Assembly (NCBI GenBank): GCA_026025075.1
Contig: JAPEUI010000002.1
Location: 124,001 to 188,000 of the forward strand
Direction: 5' to 3'
Length of the DNA: 64,000 nucleotides
Source: Vezdaea acicularis
Lineage: Eukaryota
The position numbers and the translations under genes are program-made. The notes under the pieces were generated by a model. It did no database searches and was not told the origin of the DNA. It saw only the letters and a program-made list of their open reading frames with translations. Positions 21,545-34,200 of this stretch are shown here, one piece after another; within the stretch, counting starts at the first letter, position 1, and each line of letters opens with the position of its first letter.

Positions 21545-23604
21545 CTACGTCCTCCCCCTCCTCGGATCCGCCGCCTCCCGTCTCCTGAGCTCCCTCACCT
21601 CCCTCGTCCCCAAACTCCCCACGCCCCCCTCCGCCCTCCTCTCCCAGCCCCCCAAGCGGACCACAACCGCCGTGGCATTATCCCCCGCCCCAACCTCAAC
21701 CGCAAACGCCACGACATCCCTCGCCGCCTGCTCAGGCGTCCTCGCTTCTTTAACCAAGTCGACGACTTCCTGATCGGAGAGCACATCGGCGACGCCATCG
21801 GATAGAAGGGTCAGGAAGGCGTATTCCCCCGGCAGCAGCTCGAGACGACGGATCTCGGGCTCGGCGGAGACGCCGTGGGGTTTGGTGGTATAATCCCCAA
21901 AGGCCCTTGTATTCGCCAGACCGGCGAGGCGTTCCTCGCCGAAGGAGTCGGTGGAGAAGAACGGGGCGTAGCGGCGTAGTCTGGAGACTTCTGTGGGGCG
22001 CGAGGGGTGGTGCGGGGAGGTCAAGGGGATGGCGGAGCCGGTGGCGGTGTGGCAGAGGAGCAGCTTTGTGTCGCCGACGTGGGCGGTGAGGAGGGTGCAG
22101 GGGGTTAGGGGGTGCCAGAAGGGGGTGGGGGTGGGGGTGGAGATGAGGGCGATGCTGGCTGTGGAGCCGCCTTTGAAGGGGAGGGGGCCGCCATTGATGG
22201 GGGAGTGGGGTGGGGGGATGCTGGGGCGGTCGAGGATGTCGTGTTCGTTTAGGGGGCGTTCGGGGTGGAGCCCGTCGTGGGAGGAGGAGGTAAAGGGGGA
22301 GGGTTTGAGGGTCTGGGCGGTGATGAAGTCGAGGTCGGCGGAGAGGAAGGCGTACATGAGGACGGATTCGATGCCGATGCGTTCCGTGGTGGTGGGTGTG
22401 GTGGGGGGTTTTGGTGGGGCGGGGCGCAGGGCGGGAGGGGCGGCGGAGTGCTCGGGGGGTGGCCCGCGGCCGCCGCTGCCGAGGGAGAAGTGTTCGGGCT
22501 TGAAGCGGCGGTAGTAGCCTCCTACCAGGTCTTTCCAGCGGTTAACGAGCCGGAACTCCAGGTCGAGGGCTTTGTTCTTGTTGACGTGCTGGGCGACGGA
22601 TGGCGCTGTTGGGGGTGGGACTGTTGTTTTGCTTGCTGGTGCAGAGGGCTTGACGCCTGAGTCTGGGGAAGCTTGCGGCTGCTGTTCTGAAGGTGCCTTA
22701 CCCCTTGGGGTCTCTGATGACGGGTCTGCGGGCTCGGGGGACGCCGTGACCTTCCGCCGTAAGCTCGAGCCCAACTCGAACTCTCGCGCTGACTCTTCGA
22801 TGTAGTTGTGTAGCTCTTCTCGCAGGAAGCTACTACACTCCGCCCCTCCATGGCCGTCGAATACTCCAAAGTAAAAGACCTGTGGGTCCCCGCTTGCGCT
22901 CTCAGCTCCTTGTCCCACGCCCTCCTCCTTCCGCGCCCATGTCAGGGAGATGGGAGCTTTCTTCGCAAAGGCCGGCAGCTCGATGACTCCGGCTTGATAG
23001 CTATCTTCATTGTACGGTCTCGTGCCGCGCGAAAGCGACACCCCGAAGTGATGCTTCGCGCTGATGAGCGGGATTCGAACGACAGTCATCTCGCGTGAGC
23101 CCTGAGTCGGGGGCGGCGCCAACGGCGAAGCCCCGCCTTGACCTGTGTGCGGGCTCGACGCCGCGCGGGGTAGTTTGTGATGCGGTCCACTCGGGGGCCG
23201 AGAATCGGGGTGGAGCGACGACGACGGAAGATTCGTGACAAAGTAGTCGTGAAAGCCGCGTCTCTGTGAGACCAGCGAACGGCTTCCACGACGCCGGGGA
23301 AGATGAGATGGACCAGCACTTGTCGGGCTACAGCGTCGGGAAACACTTGCTCGACTATCCCTCATCTCCCCGCTGACATATCCAGCAATAAACCCTACAG
23401 CCCCGCCCCCAGCGTTAGCACCACACCTAACCCTCTCCCCACCAGCAAGACCGAGAAGCAACACTCACGATAATCATCCGCCAGCGACCACGCCCCAGTC
23501 CTCCCTGAACTCGCACTCTTGATCCACTTCCCCGTCTGCTGAACTCGACATCGACGCAAGTAACCCTTACCGGCAACTGGCCGCCATGCCACCGGCTGAA
23601 ACAT
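21545..23604 (-). CDS. PTC6: Mitochondrial PP2C-type protein phosphatase (Ptc6-like)
   Basis: Arg-rich presequence-like exon 1 from ATG 23604, intron 23395..23468. PP2C motifs RPYNED, FDGHGG, AHVGD, LANTRAFGD, LSDGV, GDNAT. Confidence 0.82.
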
Positions 23605-24668
23605 TCTTCAGGAAACAGGGATAGTGCTGTGTGCGCGCGTAGTGGATAGCGGGGGGTTACTTCAGCCCGTCGTGTCTAGTAACTACTCTGTGTCGCTGGG
23701 AGAAGTTGATTTTGCTTATCCTGTTGCAATTGAGTATGCAGAAAGGATTGTAGCTGCGATGAAGCCTCCCCCCAGCTGTCGATGTCGGACCTCGGTCCGT
23801 GAAGGTGTGATGTCGTTGGAACTTTTAGCCGATTCTCGGGCTCACGGAAACGAATATCTTTTTCCGTCCGGTCTCGGCTGCCGTGCGGCGGGAATACCAC
23901 TCAGCGCCTTCAACTCGTCGAAGTAATTTGGTATACCAGTCCATCATCACCAGAAGATGTAAAACATTTTTTAAAAAATTGCTCTGAATTTTCTCATCAA
24001 GTAAAATGCAACGCTACGTGACGCTCAATACTCGCTCATCCCATTCATCCTGCTTACCACATTCACCCCTTATACCCCCCCTTTCTTTTCCGCCCTTTCA
24101 CCCCCCCGGAACCCCGCTAAACCCCACAGAACCCATCCATGCGTCCCAAAAAAAACACCCAGCCCAAAACCCAGTCCAAGCCATACCAAAAAAATTTCAC
24201 CCTACTAGATAAGACAAGATACTAACACACAGACACGCGCCCCCCCTAGCCAAACCCTCGTTTCCAAGCACAATGGCCCGCAAGGAAACAAGGAAATAGG
24301 AAGAAATGATGGGGTGACGAGGCCTACACCGATTACCGGGGTAATTTCTATCGCCAGCTTACTCCCCAGTAGGTTCTCGTGACGGATCCTGAAGACGACG
24401 ATGCAAAGTGGGAAGGGAGGAAGAAAAAAGGAAAATCCGAGACCATGACTAAATGAAAAAAACAGGTGAGATGACAGGAGGGAAAAGGGAAGGAATAGGC
24501 AAGATTAAAAGAGGAAGAAATATGCAAGACGCATTAAAACCGATAGACCGCTCAAAAGCTGCAATGCGAAAAGGTAACAGAGAAAAAGACGAAGGAGAAA
24601 AAAAAGGGTAAGAAAAGAGACTCGTCAACACAAAGGCTGCATGACAGACATTAAAGTAGTGGAAAGAG

Positions 24669-26587
24669 CTACGTCCACACACTCGACGACGCATAAGTCC
24701 CTTGAGCCGTCATAGCCGCTGTAGCATAGTCAAGAGTCGCATAATCGACGGCGCCCTGATCCGCAGCGCTGAAAGCGGGGCTGTTGCTCAACGGGGAGTA
24801 CGGAAAGGGGCTGGTGGTCGCCGTCGTAGTGGAGTAGAGATGGCCCACGGAGTGCTGCCTGGGGCTCTCGAGGAAGCACGGCCGGCCCGAGGGGCCGATG
24901 CTCTCGGGCGAGATGATCATGGATGAGGAGTCGCTGGCGCCGCTGCTGTAGCTGGGGGAGCTGTACGTGCTGGCTTGGCTGCTCAGGGTCAGCGGGTTGG
25001 TGGCGCTAAGGAGGCTGTCATAGAGGTAGGCCGCGCTTTGCTGTTGTTGCTGCTGTGTCTGTTGCTGCTGTTGTTGTTGCTGCTGCTGAAGCTGCTGCCG
25101 CACCCAGCCCAAGCGTTGGCGGAACTCGGCGACTTTCTGGAGCGGAAAGTCCATGAGACTGAGGGGCGTGATGCCATAGTCCAGGACATGGCCGCCGGCG
25201 CTGCGCGCGGACTGCGAGAGCGCGAGCGCCTGGCGGATCTTCTCGATGGGGCTGATGGACAGGCTGCCAAAGTAGGCGGCACCGACCGCGGGGAAGAGCG
25301 GCTCGACGGCCAGCGCGACCGCGTAAAAGTGCGCGAGGACGACCAGGACCGTCGAGCTGCCCTTTGCACTCTGAAAGTACGAGACCGGCAGCCAGAAGAG
25401 CCACTGGCGGAGCGGCTGGAGCAGCTCGAACTGCTCGGCGGCGGTATGAACGGGCAGGCGACGGCGCAGGTTCTGGATGAATTTGATGAGCTCACGCAGC
25501 CCGCGGATCTCTTCGTTCTTGGAGACGAGGTAGCCCTCGACCTTCATCAGCGACTTTTCAATGTGATCGACCGTTGCGATGTCTTCGCGCCGGGGCGAGC
25601 GGGAGTGCGAGGAGGCCATCATGCTTGGCGAGGACTGCGGCCGCGGAAAGGTCGCTTGCTCGTCCATGAAGTCGGAGAAGAGCGATTTGGAGCGCCAGAG
25701 CTGCATGGCATCGATGACGCCCGAGGTTCCGTCCATCAGAGCAGACCAGCCCTGCCACGTCGTCGCCTGCCATGACAGAAGGATGGAGGCTGCGAGTACT
25801 GCATCCGAGTTGCTGCTCGAGAACTCCTCGAGGGCGTGTCGCAGCCCTTGCGTAGCTTCGGCCCGATGGTGATCCGCGAGGCTCCTCGTAGCAGCGTTGT
25901 CCCTGACCCAAGCCAGGTGTGTGGCGGACAGCGCGAGGAGAGCGTGCAGGACGAAATCATAGAAGTTTGCAATGCTCAGGAAACTATAAGGGCCCATCAG
26001 CATCCTCTAAGCTCCCCAGATCATGAAGGGAAAGGTATGTGACTAAAGTAGAATGAGCGCCTACGTTGGAATCCGCTCCGTCCAAATCGTAAACTTGCTG
26101 TAATTGCACCGCTGCATCTCCTGCGAGACGCTCGCGATATGGTGGATCAGACGGAGATCGACGGAAGAAAGCTTGTACGCCGAGGATTGAGGGAAGAACT
26201 GCATCCCCGGGAACGGAAAGACGCCGGTTCGCTGCCATTCGTAGATCTCCCTCTCGACGTCGTGCGTCCAGAGGAGGTCGACGCCATCGGGTGCTTGAAC
26301 GCCCGGATACCTGTTTGCGGGGATGTCTCGATAGTCACATCGCACGCTATGCTTTGTGCAGTTACGACTGATGATCGAGTCAGCAAAGCTGGCCCGGATC
26401 AGGAGAAGCCCGTCAAAAGAAAAAACCCCCTCGCCCATGGCAAAGGAGCTTGATCAAGCGGACGGAGTCCCACTCACCACTGGGGGAAGCTCTCGTCACA
26501 CCGGATGTGACGACTCTTGCACGTCTTGCACCCTTTCCTCGACTTGGTATGACTCTTGCGAGGAGGCCCGCCGCCCGGTCCGGCCAT
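24669..26587 (-). CDS. Zn(II)2Cys6 transcription factor, Upc2/Ecm22-like
   Basis: Manual translation from ATG 26587: MAGPGGGPPRKSHTKSRKGCKTCKSRHIRCDESFPQC|RNCTKHSVRCDY. Introns 26368..26477 and 25984..26064. Middle domain HALLALSATHL...NSDAVLAASILL; poly-Q and Ser-rich tail. Confidence 0.88.
25038..25097 (-). repeat. CAG/CAA trinucleotide repeat encoding a poly-Q tract
   Basis: QQLQQQQQQQQQQTQQQQQQ in the Zn2Cys6 CDS. Confidence 0.9.
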
Positions 26588-27078
26588 GATCTCTAGAGAA
26601 GGAAATCGTCACGAAGGAAACGCGTAATGATATGCTGGGTATAAGAAGCGCAGCACACGACCTGGCGTGTGGAGGGGATCACGAGGGGAGCAGACTCTTC
26701 TCCGTTCAAAGTCCTAGGTACGGGGCGTGATCGTCTGGCAAAAAGAAAGAGAAGCTGAAGAAGAGGACCGGAGAGGAGACCCACTGGGGGGGCAAGTAGG
26801 GAAAGGTATTATTAAAAGGCGCACGACGGTGATCACGTCCGCGGCGGGTGTCATATAAGGAAAGCGGATGCTGGTGAGGTGCACGGTGCCAGATCTATCT
26901 CAGATAGCTGCTGCGGCTGAATTTGAGTTCACGGTTACCGGGGCGTATATCAGACGACGGGAGAGTGCCGACGGGGTCGAACGAGCATATTAAGGGTCCC
27001 GTACGGATCGAGGGAGGGATGGGGTGAGGTGACTCGAAACGGCGCCGGGTCGGAAGCGGACGCTACTTCCGTCCGATG

Positions 27079-27436
27079 TCGAGGGGCAGGATGTATGTAA
27101 GCTGCAACGGCCTGAGGTTTGTCGCGAAGGCCAGACGATCGAGGCAGTGTCAGCAAACCAGGTCGAGGGCAGCGAGTATGCGACTCGAGGAAGAGGCCGC
27201 GAGGAGGGTGACACGTCCCTGTCGCAAGAGGGACGAATGACGATGCCCAGGGCGCGGTCGAGGGTTCGAGGTCTGAGGTATCGAGGCGTCGGGGGTACGA
27301 GAAAGGCGGCAGTGCTTCTCGGTCCCTTTGGAATATGTCGAGAGGCGCGAGGCGGGGGGGGAGGGAGGGAGGGGAGGGGGGTGGTGTTGCTCGGGACCGG
27401 CGGGGGGAAGGGAGAGCTCTTTAAGGCAGCTCGAGG
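27079..27436. promoter_or_regulatory. Cluster of 8 co-oriented TCGAGG hexamers upstream of the Zn2Cys6 gene
   Basis: TCGAGG at 27079, 27139, 27163, 27185, 27258, 27266, 27281, 27431. Regulatory role is inferred only. Confidence 0.45.
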
Positions 27437-30400
27437 ACGAGTCTCGTCTTCATGAGCGCTCCGTCCGCAGTGGGATCCTCATTGGCCGACGGCGGACGAG
27501 GCATCTCGGCGGGCACAACAGGCTCTTCATACCAACCCTAAATAGAAGCATATTCGCTAGGCTTGGGGGCTGTGGGACCCCCGGTCCCTCGGCGACTCAG
27601 ACAGGGCCCTGTGGTTCCCGCCAAATCTGGCGACCGGGGGGGGGTGGAGGAGACGCACGTCGATCACCCATGCTCATTGGGAGCCTTGCCAGGGTCCGAA
27701 GGGCGAGCCCGGGGGGGGGAGGGGGGGGGTCGTCTAGCGGAGCGACGGTGGAGGGAAGGAGGGAGCGGGTGTCAGTGCGGTGGTTAGCTAAGACGACGTT
27801 GCAGGAGGCAGGAGGAAGCAGGAAGCGGATGACGGAAATGGCGAAGGGGGGGACCGGGGGGTGGTGGGAGGGGGGTGGAGGGGGGCGGAAGAAAAGCGAA
27901 AAAAAATGGGTGGAGCGATGGTGCCGGTGCGGGTGCAGCGACGGCGGCGGACGGCGGGGCAGGGGCCCGCGGCGTGGGAGTGGGGGAGGGCTGAGATGCA
28001 GCCGGCTGCGAGCGAAGCAACGAGGGAAGCACAGGAAGAGACAGAAGATCCAGAAGAAGCAGCAGAAGAAGAAAAGGAAGAAGCAAAAGAAGAGCACGTC
28101 GAAGGGCAATCACGAAAGAGACACCGTGAGATCCGGCCCCGACGCTGTTGGCCTAACGCCGTACGGTCAAGGCCGCCCGCTAAGAAAAGTTCGGTGCGGC
28201 AGCGACAGGACTCGCAGGCGATCACAGCAGATCGCAGACCACCAGCAGTCGCCGCAGGTCACAGCAGTGCTAAGCAACGCACAGCACAGTAAGCTCAGTC
28301 GCATCGCTCAGCTCGAAGAACGACGGCGTGCGGCCAACGCGGTCGCCGTGCTCCCCCGTGGCGTCGGCGCGCTTGACGGGGTTGGTGTTCGTCCGTCGCG
28401 GAGGCAAGAGCATCCGGACAGAGACAACAAAGCAGAGATCGAGGGGAGAGACCGCGCCAGGAGCACGGACAACGAGGAAGGGCAAGGCAAAGGGCGAGAG
28501 AGGGACGGAGTGCCATGCTCCGCTTCATCCAAGCCCCCCGCTCTCTCTTTTTTTTCCGACCCAGCGCTGTCGATGTCGGGCGAGAGGGAAGCAGGAAGGG
28601 CGCGTTCACGGCACAAAGGGAATTTCCCCCCAACCGTCGGCAACCGCCTCCTCCGCCCGGGCTTAGACGCTGCGACGACAGAAGAGTCGGTGAGGCCCAC
28701 GAAACGCCGCGACAGCTTCCTTTGTGTCGGCGTGTCTGTGTGTCGTGCAGTTCGCGCTGCAGCCTGAGTCGGTCCGCGGGGTTTGCCATAGGCGAACAAG
28801 CGAGCGTGCTGGCGGCAGGGCGCGGTAGACGTCACGCCGAGGGACAGGCGCCTCACGTCTTTCCGCTCGCTCCTTGTCAAGCAGGCCGCAGTGCTGAGGT
28901 ATCCCCCCATTCGGAGCCTCCCTCCATCCGCGCCATGGCCATTTCGATGTCTCCCAGCCACTCCCTGTGATGCAGTATCGTTATAGAACAGTGAACCTCA
29001 TCTTTCATGCGCCGGTCGAATGATCACGCTCTTCGCTATCTTGGGGGGGACGTGTTGCCCTTGCGTTCAATATGCAATCATCCGAGACTGGGCGTGCCGA
29101 AAAGGGAGGCCGATGCACCGTGCCTCCTCGTCGGTATCCCCTCACGCTCATGCTCCTTCTCGCGTCAACAGAGGCCAGATGGTGGTGCAGCCGTTGACGG
29201 CGCGGCCTGCAGCTGCTCCGAATAGCTGCAGGAGACCCTTTAGGTCTTTTGTTGGAGCCGGACGTGCGATGAGGTGATGAGGTGACGGCTCGTGGCCCAG
29301 GGCTTATGGCCCATGGTGGGGAAGTTCCCTCCCGGCTCAGTCGCAGAGCGGTGTGTGCTCACGGTGATCCTAAGCCCCCAAGGGATCGGATGCATCGACA
29401 TCCACATCCACGTCCACGTCAACGTCCCGAGAGAATGTCGCGTGGCTTCCTTCACTGCCCGTTGCACCCCGTAAACGGCAAAGAAAACAGGAATAACTTC
29501 GTTCCTCTTTCGTCGACGACCCCAGCTGTCAAAGACACGGAGGGGAAGCCACTATGGCCCTTAGCCCAAGGGGTCCTCTGCATGCCACGACCTCGCAACG
29601 ATAGCATGTTGCTGAATCTGGATACTGGGGCTGAGAAGAAGGTGGGGTGATGTTGCAATCCCGCCCTTCTTCGCAGCACCGACGTGAGGTTACATCGTCG
29701 CTTTTCCCTGAGCGCGACCTGGACCGATTAGCGGCCGTCCCTACGTGCCGGTGCCTGAGAGCAGAAGGTCGGAAAAAGCAAAATGGGACACAGAAAGAGG
29801 CGGTCTCCGTCGTGAGAGTTGCCAATGGCGAGCGTCCACCGGGCGTGGTGGGCGAACGTGCGGTCGGCCAAGAATAACTCCCGCATGCAAGCCACTTTGC
29901 GGAAGATGCCCAACCAGCGTTCGACCTGGAGCAAAGATTGCGGCGGCCGGAGTCGCGCCTCGAGCGTTCGTATCGTCATGGGGACAGCGAGGCTAGGATG
30001 ATGGTTTTTCCGACCGGTTCGACAGGAGTGAATGAGGACTGTGCGCACCATTTCCTCCCATGTCGATGCCCTTGACGTTGCGTTGAAGATCCAAAGGTCC
30101 TGTCCACTTAGAGGGGAGTCCCGCCGGGGGGTGTGCAAACGGGGTTGCGTCTGCAGCACGCTCTCCACCGTCATCCGGGACTGAAAGGGCCGTTTTGCTC
30201 TGCATGAGGAGAAAGCCACTTCGGCCACGCACGCAGGCCATAAGTGGAAGGTCTATCGACGTTCTGATATTTGCTATTGCGGTTGCTATTGCTATTGTGA
30301 GCTTCGAACGCTGCGGAAAGACGAGTGCGTTCTCGCTAGAGAATTAGGGCTTCATCGGCTGCACGGGAAGCGCCATGTCGCGGCTGACTCGCCGTTCGCT

Positions 30401-30763
30401 CTTTCCCCCACATTGAGGCTGTGCAGGGAAGGAACCTTCGACGTCGACCTCGCGTAGTATTTCGAGCTCTCGATCTGTCCAGCTCTTTTGCTGTGACTGC
30501 CACCTTTACCTCACCCCTCTGGTCTGCTCGCACATCTCCTCCTCACGCGCACCAGATCACCGTCGGAAATGGTCTCCCCGGATGGTGTGGCTGACAGAGA
30601 ATATGATTTGGAACGGTGGAGGGGTTGTCCCCGCCGGGCTGGGTAGCTGCAACGCGATGACTGAGGACCGAGCTGTGGTAAGCCGCGGGCGAAGACATGC
30701 TCCTGCCGAGCTTGTGCGGCGTGCCTTCGCGGTCTGACGGTGCAGCCCCGTCACGGGGACGAA

Positions 30764-30826
30764 CAGCAGTCACAGCAGTCACAGCAGTCCCAGCAGTCCC
30801 AGCAGTCGCGGTAGTTCTAGCAGTCA
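30764..30826 (+). repeat. 9-bp tandem repeat (CAGCAGTCN), 5 near-perfect plus 2 degenerate units
   Basis: cagcagtca cagcagtca cagcagtcc cagcagtcc cagcagtcg cggtagttc tagcagtca. Confidence 0.9.
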
Positions 30827-31181
30827 CCGGGCGGCCCTCTCCTCCCTCATTCTGCCAGACGGTGCGCTCCGACGCTCCCAAGCACCCGAAGCAGCCACGC
30901 GTGGGGCTTGGCCCACGGATCCGGGACGCTGGCTGGCTCGCTTGTCGGGAGCTCGCCCATGGCCGAACCCTCTCGACGCCTTCGCCGGGGGGAAGCTGAT
31001 TGCTCGTTGCAGGGCGGCGGCGGCCAAAATTAGCAATCGCCGGCATCACGCGCTTCTCGCTTCTCGTGCTTCATGGGAAAAGCAGATGCGGCCGCACGAG
31101 CTCAATCCAGAGGTCGACGTGCGGGGTTTTGCCTTCGTCGAGTCTGCCCTCCCGATGTTTCCCGTCTTCTGGGCAAGGCAG

Positions 31182-31217
31182 GCAGGGTCGAGCAAGGTCG
31201 AGCAGGGTCGAGCAGGG
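31182..31217 (+). repeat. 10-bp tandem repeat (GCARGGTCGA) x ~3.5
   Basis: gcagggtcga gcaaggtcga gcagggtcga gcaggg. Confidence 0.85.
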
Positions 31218-34200
31218 CTGTCGACTTGTCCTCCGTCGAATGACTCGGCAACGCTGCGTCGATGGGATCACCGCTTCGCTGCGTGCTTGCTGACCCCATC
31301 GCGGCCTGTTGACTCGTCCCGATGCCGAAGACGAGCTCTTGACGAGTCAAGGAAGATGAAGCAAAGGCATTGGACCGGCTCAGGGGAACAGGACCTTCGA
31401 CTGCTGTGCATCGGGCCCATTCTGGTTTCTCTCGCGCAGCCATTGCGTCGTCGAACGAAGGGAGCACGGGATGATCGAATGTTGATTCGCCGGCGGGATC
31501 GATTACTTCAGCGTCAGAGCCGGATAGTCAGACGCAGTTGCCGGGAATGTCCCTTTCGCAACCGACCAATCACGCCGTCGTCCCAGCCAAAATCCAAATT
31601 CCTTCACTTCGAATTGTCGTCGGTTTGACCGAGATTGCACCGCGAATTTCAGCTTTCGCTGCTGCTGCGCCAGACACCTGCGCAATGCAATACGCGCAAT
31701 TGCAGCGCCCAGCTTGGCTTCGTCATGGAGGAGAGCTCCCTTGGACGGAGTACTGCAGCAAAAGGGTGAGACCTCCGTCGATCACTGACGAACAGTTCCC
31801 CGCGCGACCAAAGTGACAAGGTGATAGGGCGACCAATGAATATCCCCGTCGTCGGCGGCCGCGTAATTCTGCCCCGCCCGCCCTTCGCCCTTCGGTGGTT
31901 TGCTGTCATCTTCACATACCGGAGCGGAGAGTGAGAGATGGCAAGCCGACTGTCTCAACCTCGGGAAAAGTCCCCGCGTGAGGAACCTCGACGACTAGAT
32001 GGGATGACCCCGTCGTCGATGGCGGTGCTGTGCGCAGAGGTGATGTGTTTGTTGAGGACTCACCTCGTCTCACGCGGGCCAACGACCTTTGCTCGCGTCC
32101 ACCCTGCTCCAATGCTTCGAAACCCCGGCCCTGCATCTCGCCTTCGGGCCGGCCTGCGCCGCATATCAATTCTGTACGCAATATGCCTATCGCTCTCGAC
32201 CCGTCGCCCGTCGCCCGTCTGGGTATCATGTCTAGCCAATTGGTCTGGAAGATGCTGGTGAGTGCACGCGTGACGATCTTTTCGTGGGATCTTCCTGGCG
32301 AGGTCGTCACGGGGTCTGACACTCGAGCAATCCAACGACGACGGAGCGTGTCGAATCTCATCGCCAACTCCATCATCTCCACATCACCCTGCAGACTTCT
32401 GACTTCACCTACAGGAGACGAACCATCGACGCCGGGGAGCTTCGCTTCGGCTGCAGCGACGGACTCGAGGAACGGACGAGCCTTCCCACGATGCCTGCGG
32501 CCATGTGGAGGAATCCTTCGAGACCAATGCTTGAGTCAATGCACCGCCTAAATCCTTCCCGCACACCAAAGCGGAAGTCTGGCAGTTCGGCGAGGGCCCC
32601 ATTCGATGCGCTTGTGGGTCGAGCAAATGTCATGCAATCCTCTGGAAAGCAAGTCATTCTACCGGCATCATCCGATTGATCACCTGCTGGTCGCGGATCC
32701 GCCGTGTCGCAGACGAACAACGTGGGCGTAAGGCTTTGGGGGAACGGCCTATCCGGACTCAATCCCCGAAACCCTTCAATCCTCGTCTCGAACCCCCGTC
32801 TCTCGACCCTCGACCCTCGAACAGGGTGTCTCGGCCCATCCACCTCCGTCCATTCGTCCTGCAAAGACCCGAAATGGAGACACCCGCGACATCATCAGGC
32901 CTCTTGTTTCTCCACCTTGCACGGCGCCCTGCCTTTCTGATGTCTGACCGCTCATCGAGCACATCTAGTTGGTCTCGCAGCGTGTTGAGTCAGAGTAGAG
33001 TCATCTTCCATGCATGAGCACGGCGTGGAGACCCAACTCGTAAGATTGGAGAAAAGCACACTCTTTCCCCCCCCCCCACGCCCAGACGCCGAGGATTCCC
33101 CACTTCTCATCGCTTGGTGCTGACCTGATCTAGTCCACGCCGAAGATGGAGATCGACCGTTTCAGACATGAGGCGGACAAGAGTTCGGATCCTTTTCATC
33201 TCTCACCGCTCCCCACCGCCTCTCCACAGGCAGAATCGCACCCGCCGGACCCAGGCTATCGCGGCTCCACATCTCCATCCCGTCATCGACTAGTCCCAGG
33301 AAGATTAAGATTAGGCATGCCACGTGGGAAGGCTCGAAACGACTCGTAACCTGCCGTAAGGAATGTCGAGACGGCCACTGATGATGTCAAGGGAAGGATG
33401 TTGCTGCATCTGCCTGGGCCACGCAGCTCCAACACATCGATTGTTCGCGGAACCGGATGGCGAGCTGAAACGCGCCGTCCGGGGACATCAGAGAGAGACA
33501 ATCTCATCATCCGGGCACGACCTAGCGCAGGAACAACCTTTCTGTCCGCAAATGTTTTCTAGCAGCTCTCGGAATCAGCACCAAATCCGTTCTTCCCCCC
33601 CCTCCCCCCCTTGGCCCCATGTACGTAGAGTACGAGAAAGCCCGAATGACAAACCTGACCGCGTCCCAAGATGGGAGCCTACAGCAGCCCAGCATGGATT
33701 CCAAAACCATCTCCCCATCTTTTTTCTCGCTTACCCATGGCCACCGGAACCCTATGAAACCGCCCAACTGCATAAACCCCGATCGGTGAGATATGCGCTG
33801 TGCTCGAAGAGGTAGGTCGCCGAAAGAAAAAGCTGAAGATCAATTGGGCTGTTGAAGGGGGCTGAACCACCCTGCCATGTCCATCTCTCCGCCCTCTGCA
33901 TTCGACCTCGCGAAAGTTTCTATCCAGGACAGGAAGGAAGAACGCACAGTCCACACACCGCCGCACTCCTTCCCCATGCACTCTTGGGGTCCCACAGAAT
34001 CATTGATCCTCTTTTTGTTTTCCATCTGGAACGTGGCTCCTGTAAATGTTTGAGGGCGAAGGACCCGTTTTGATGGCCCACTGATGGAGATGATTGACTA
34101 GGCCTTTTTTTCGAGCATAGCCAGTTCCCAGCACTACCTCGAATCCACTGGTTTCTCCTTTTCATGCAGCCTCATGAAAAGGTTTTTTTTTGCCTTTAGG

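Noticed and set aside
26490..26530. CKSRHIRC instead of the more usual CKRRHIRC in the zinc cluster
   Set aside because: The Ser is at a variable position (Gal4 Leu16 equivalent) and all six Cys are intact.
27328..28767. 479-aa plus-strand ORF and the many overlapping 60-230 aa ORFs across 27-36 kb
   Set aside because: Low-complexity R/G/P/K translations of G runs and purine tracts, often with non-ATG starts and open in several frames at once, as expected in high-GC non-coding DNA; no recognisable domain.
30764..30826. Short tandem repeats as a possible CRISPR-like array
   Set aside because: 9-11-bp units without unique spacers in eukaryotic DNA; ordinary minisatellites.
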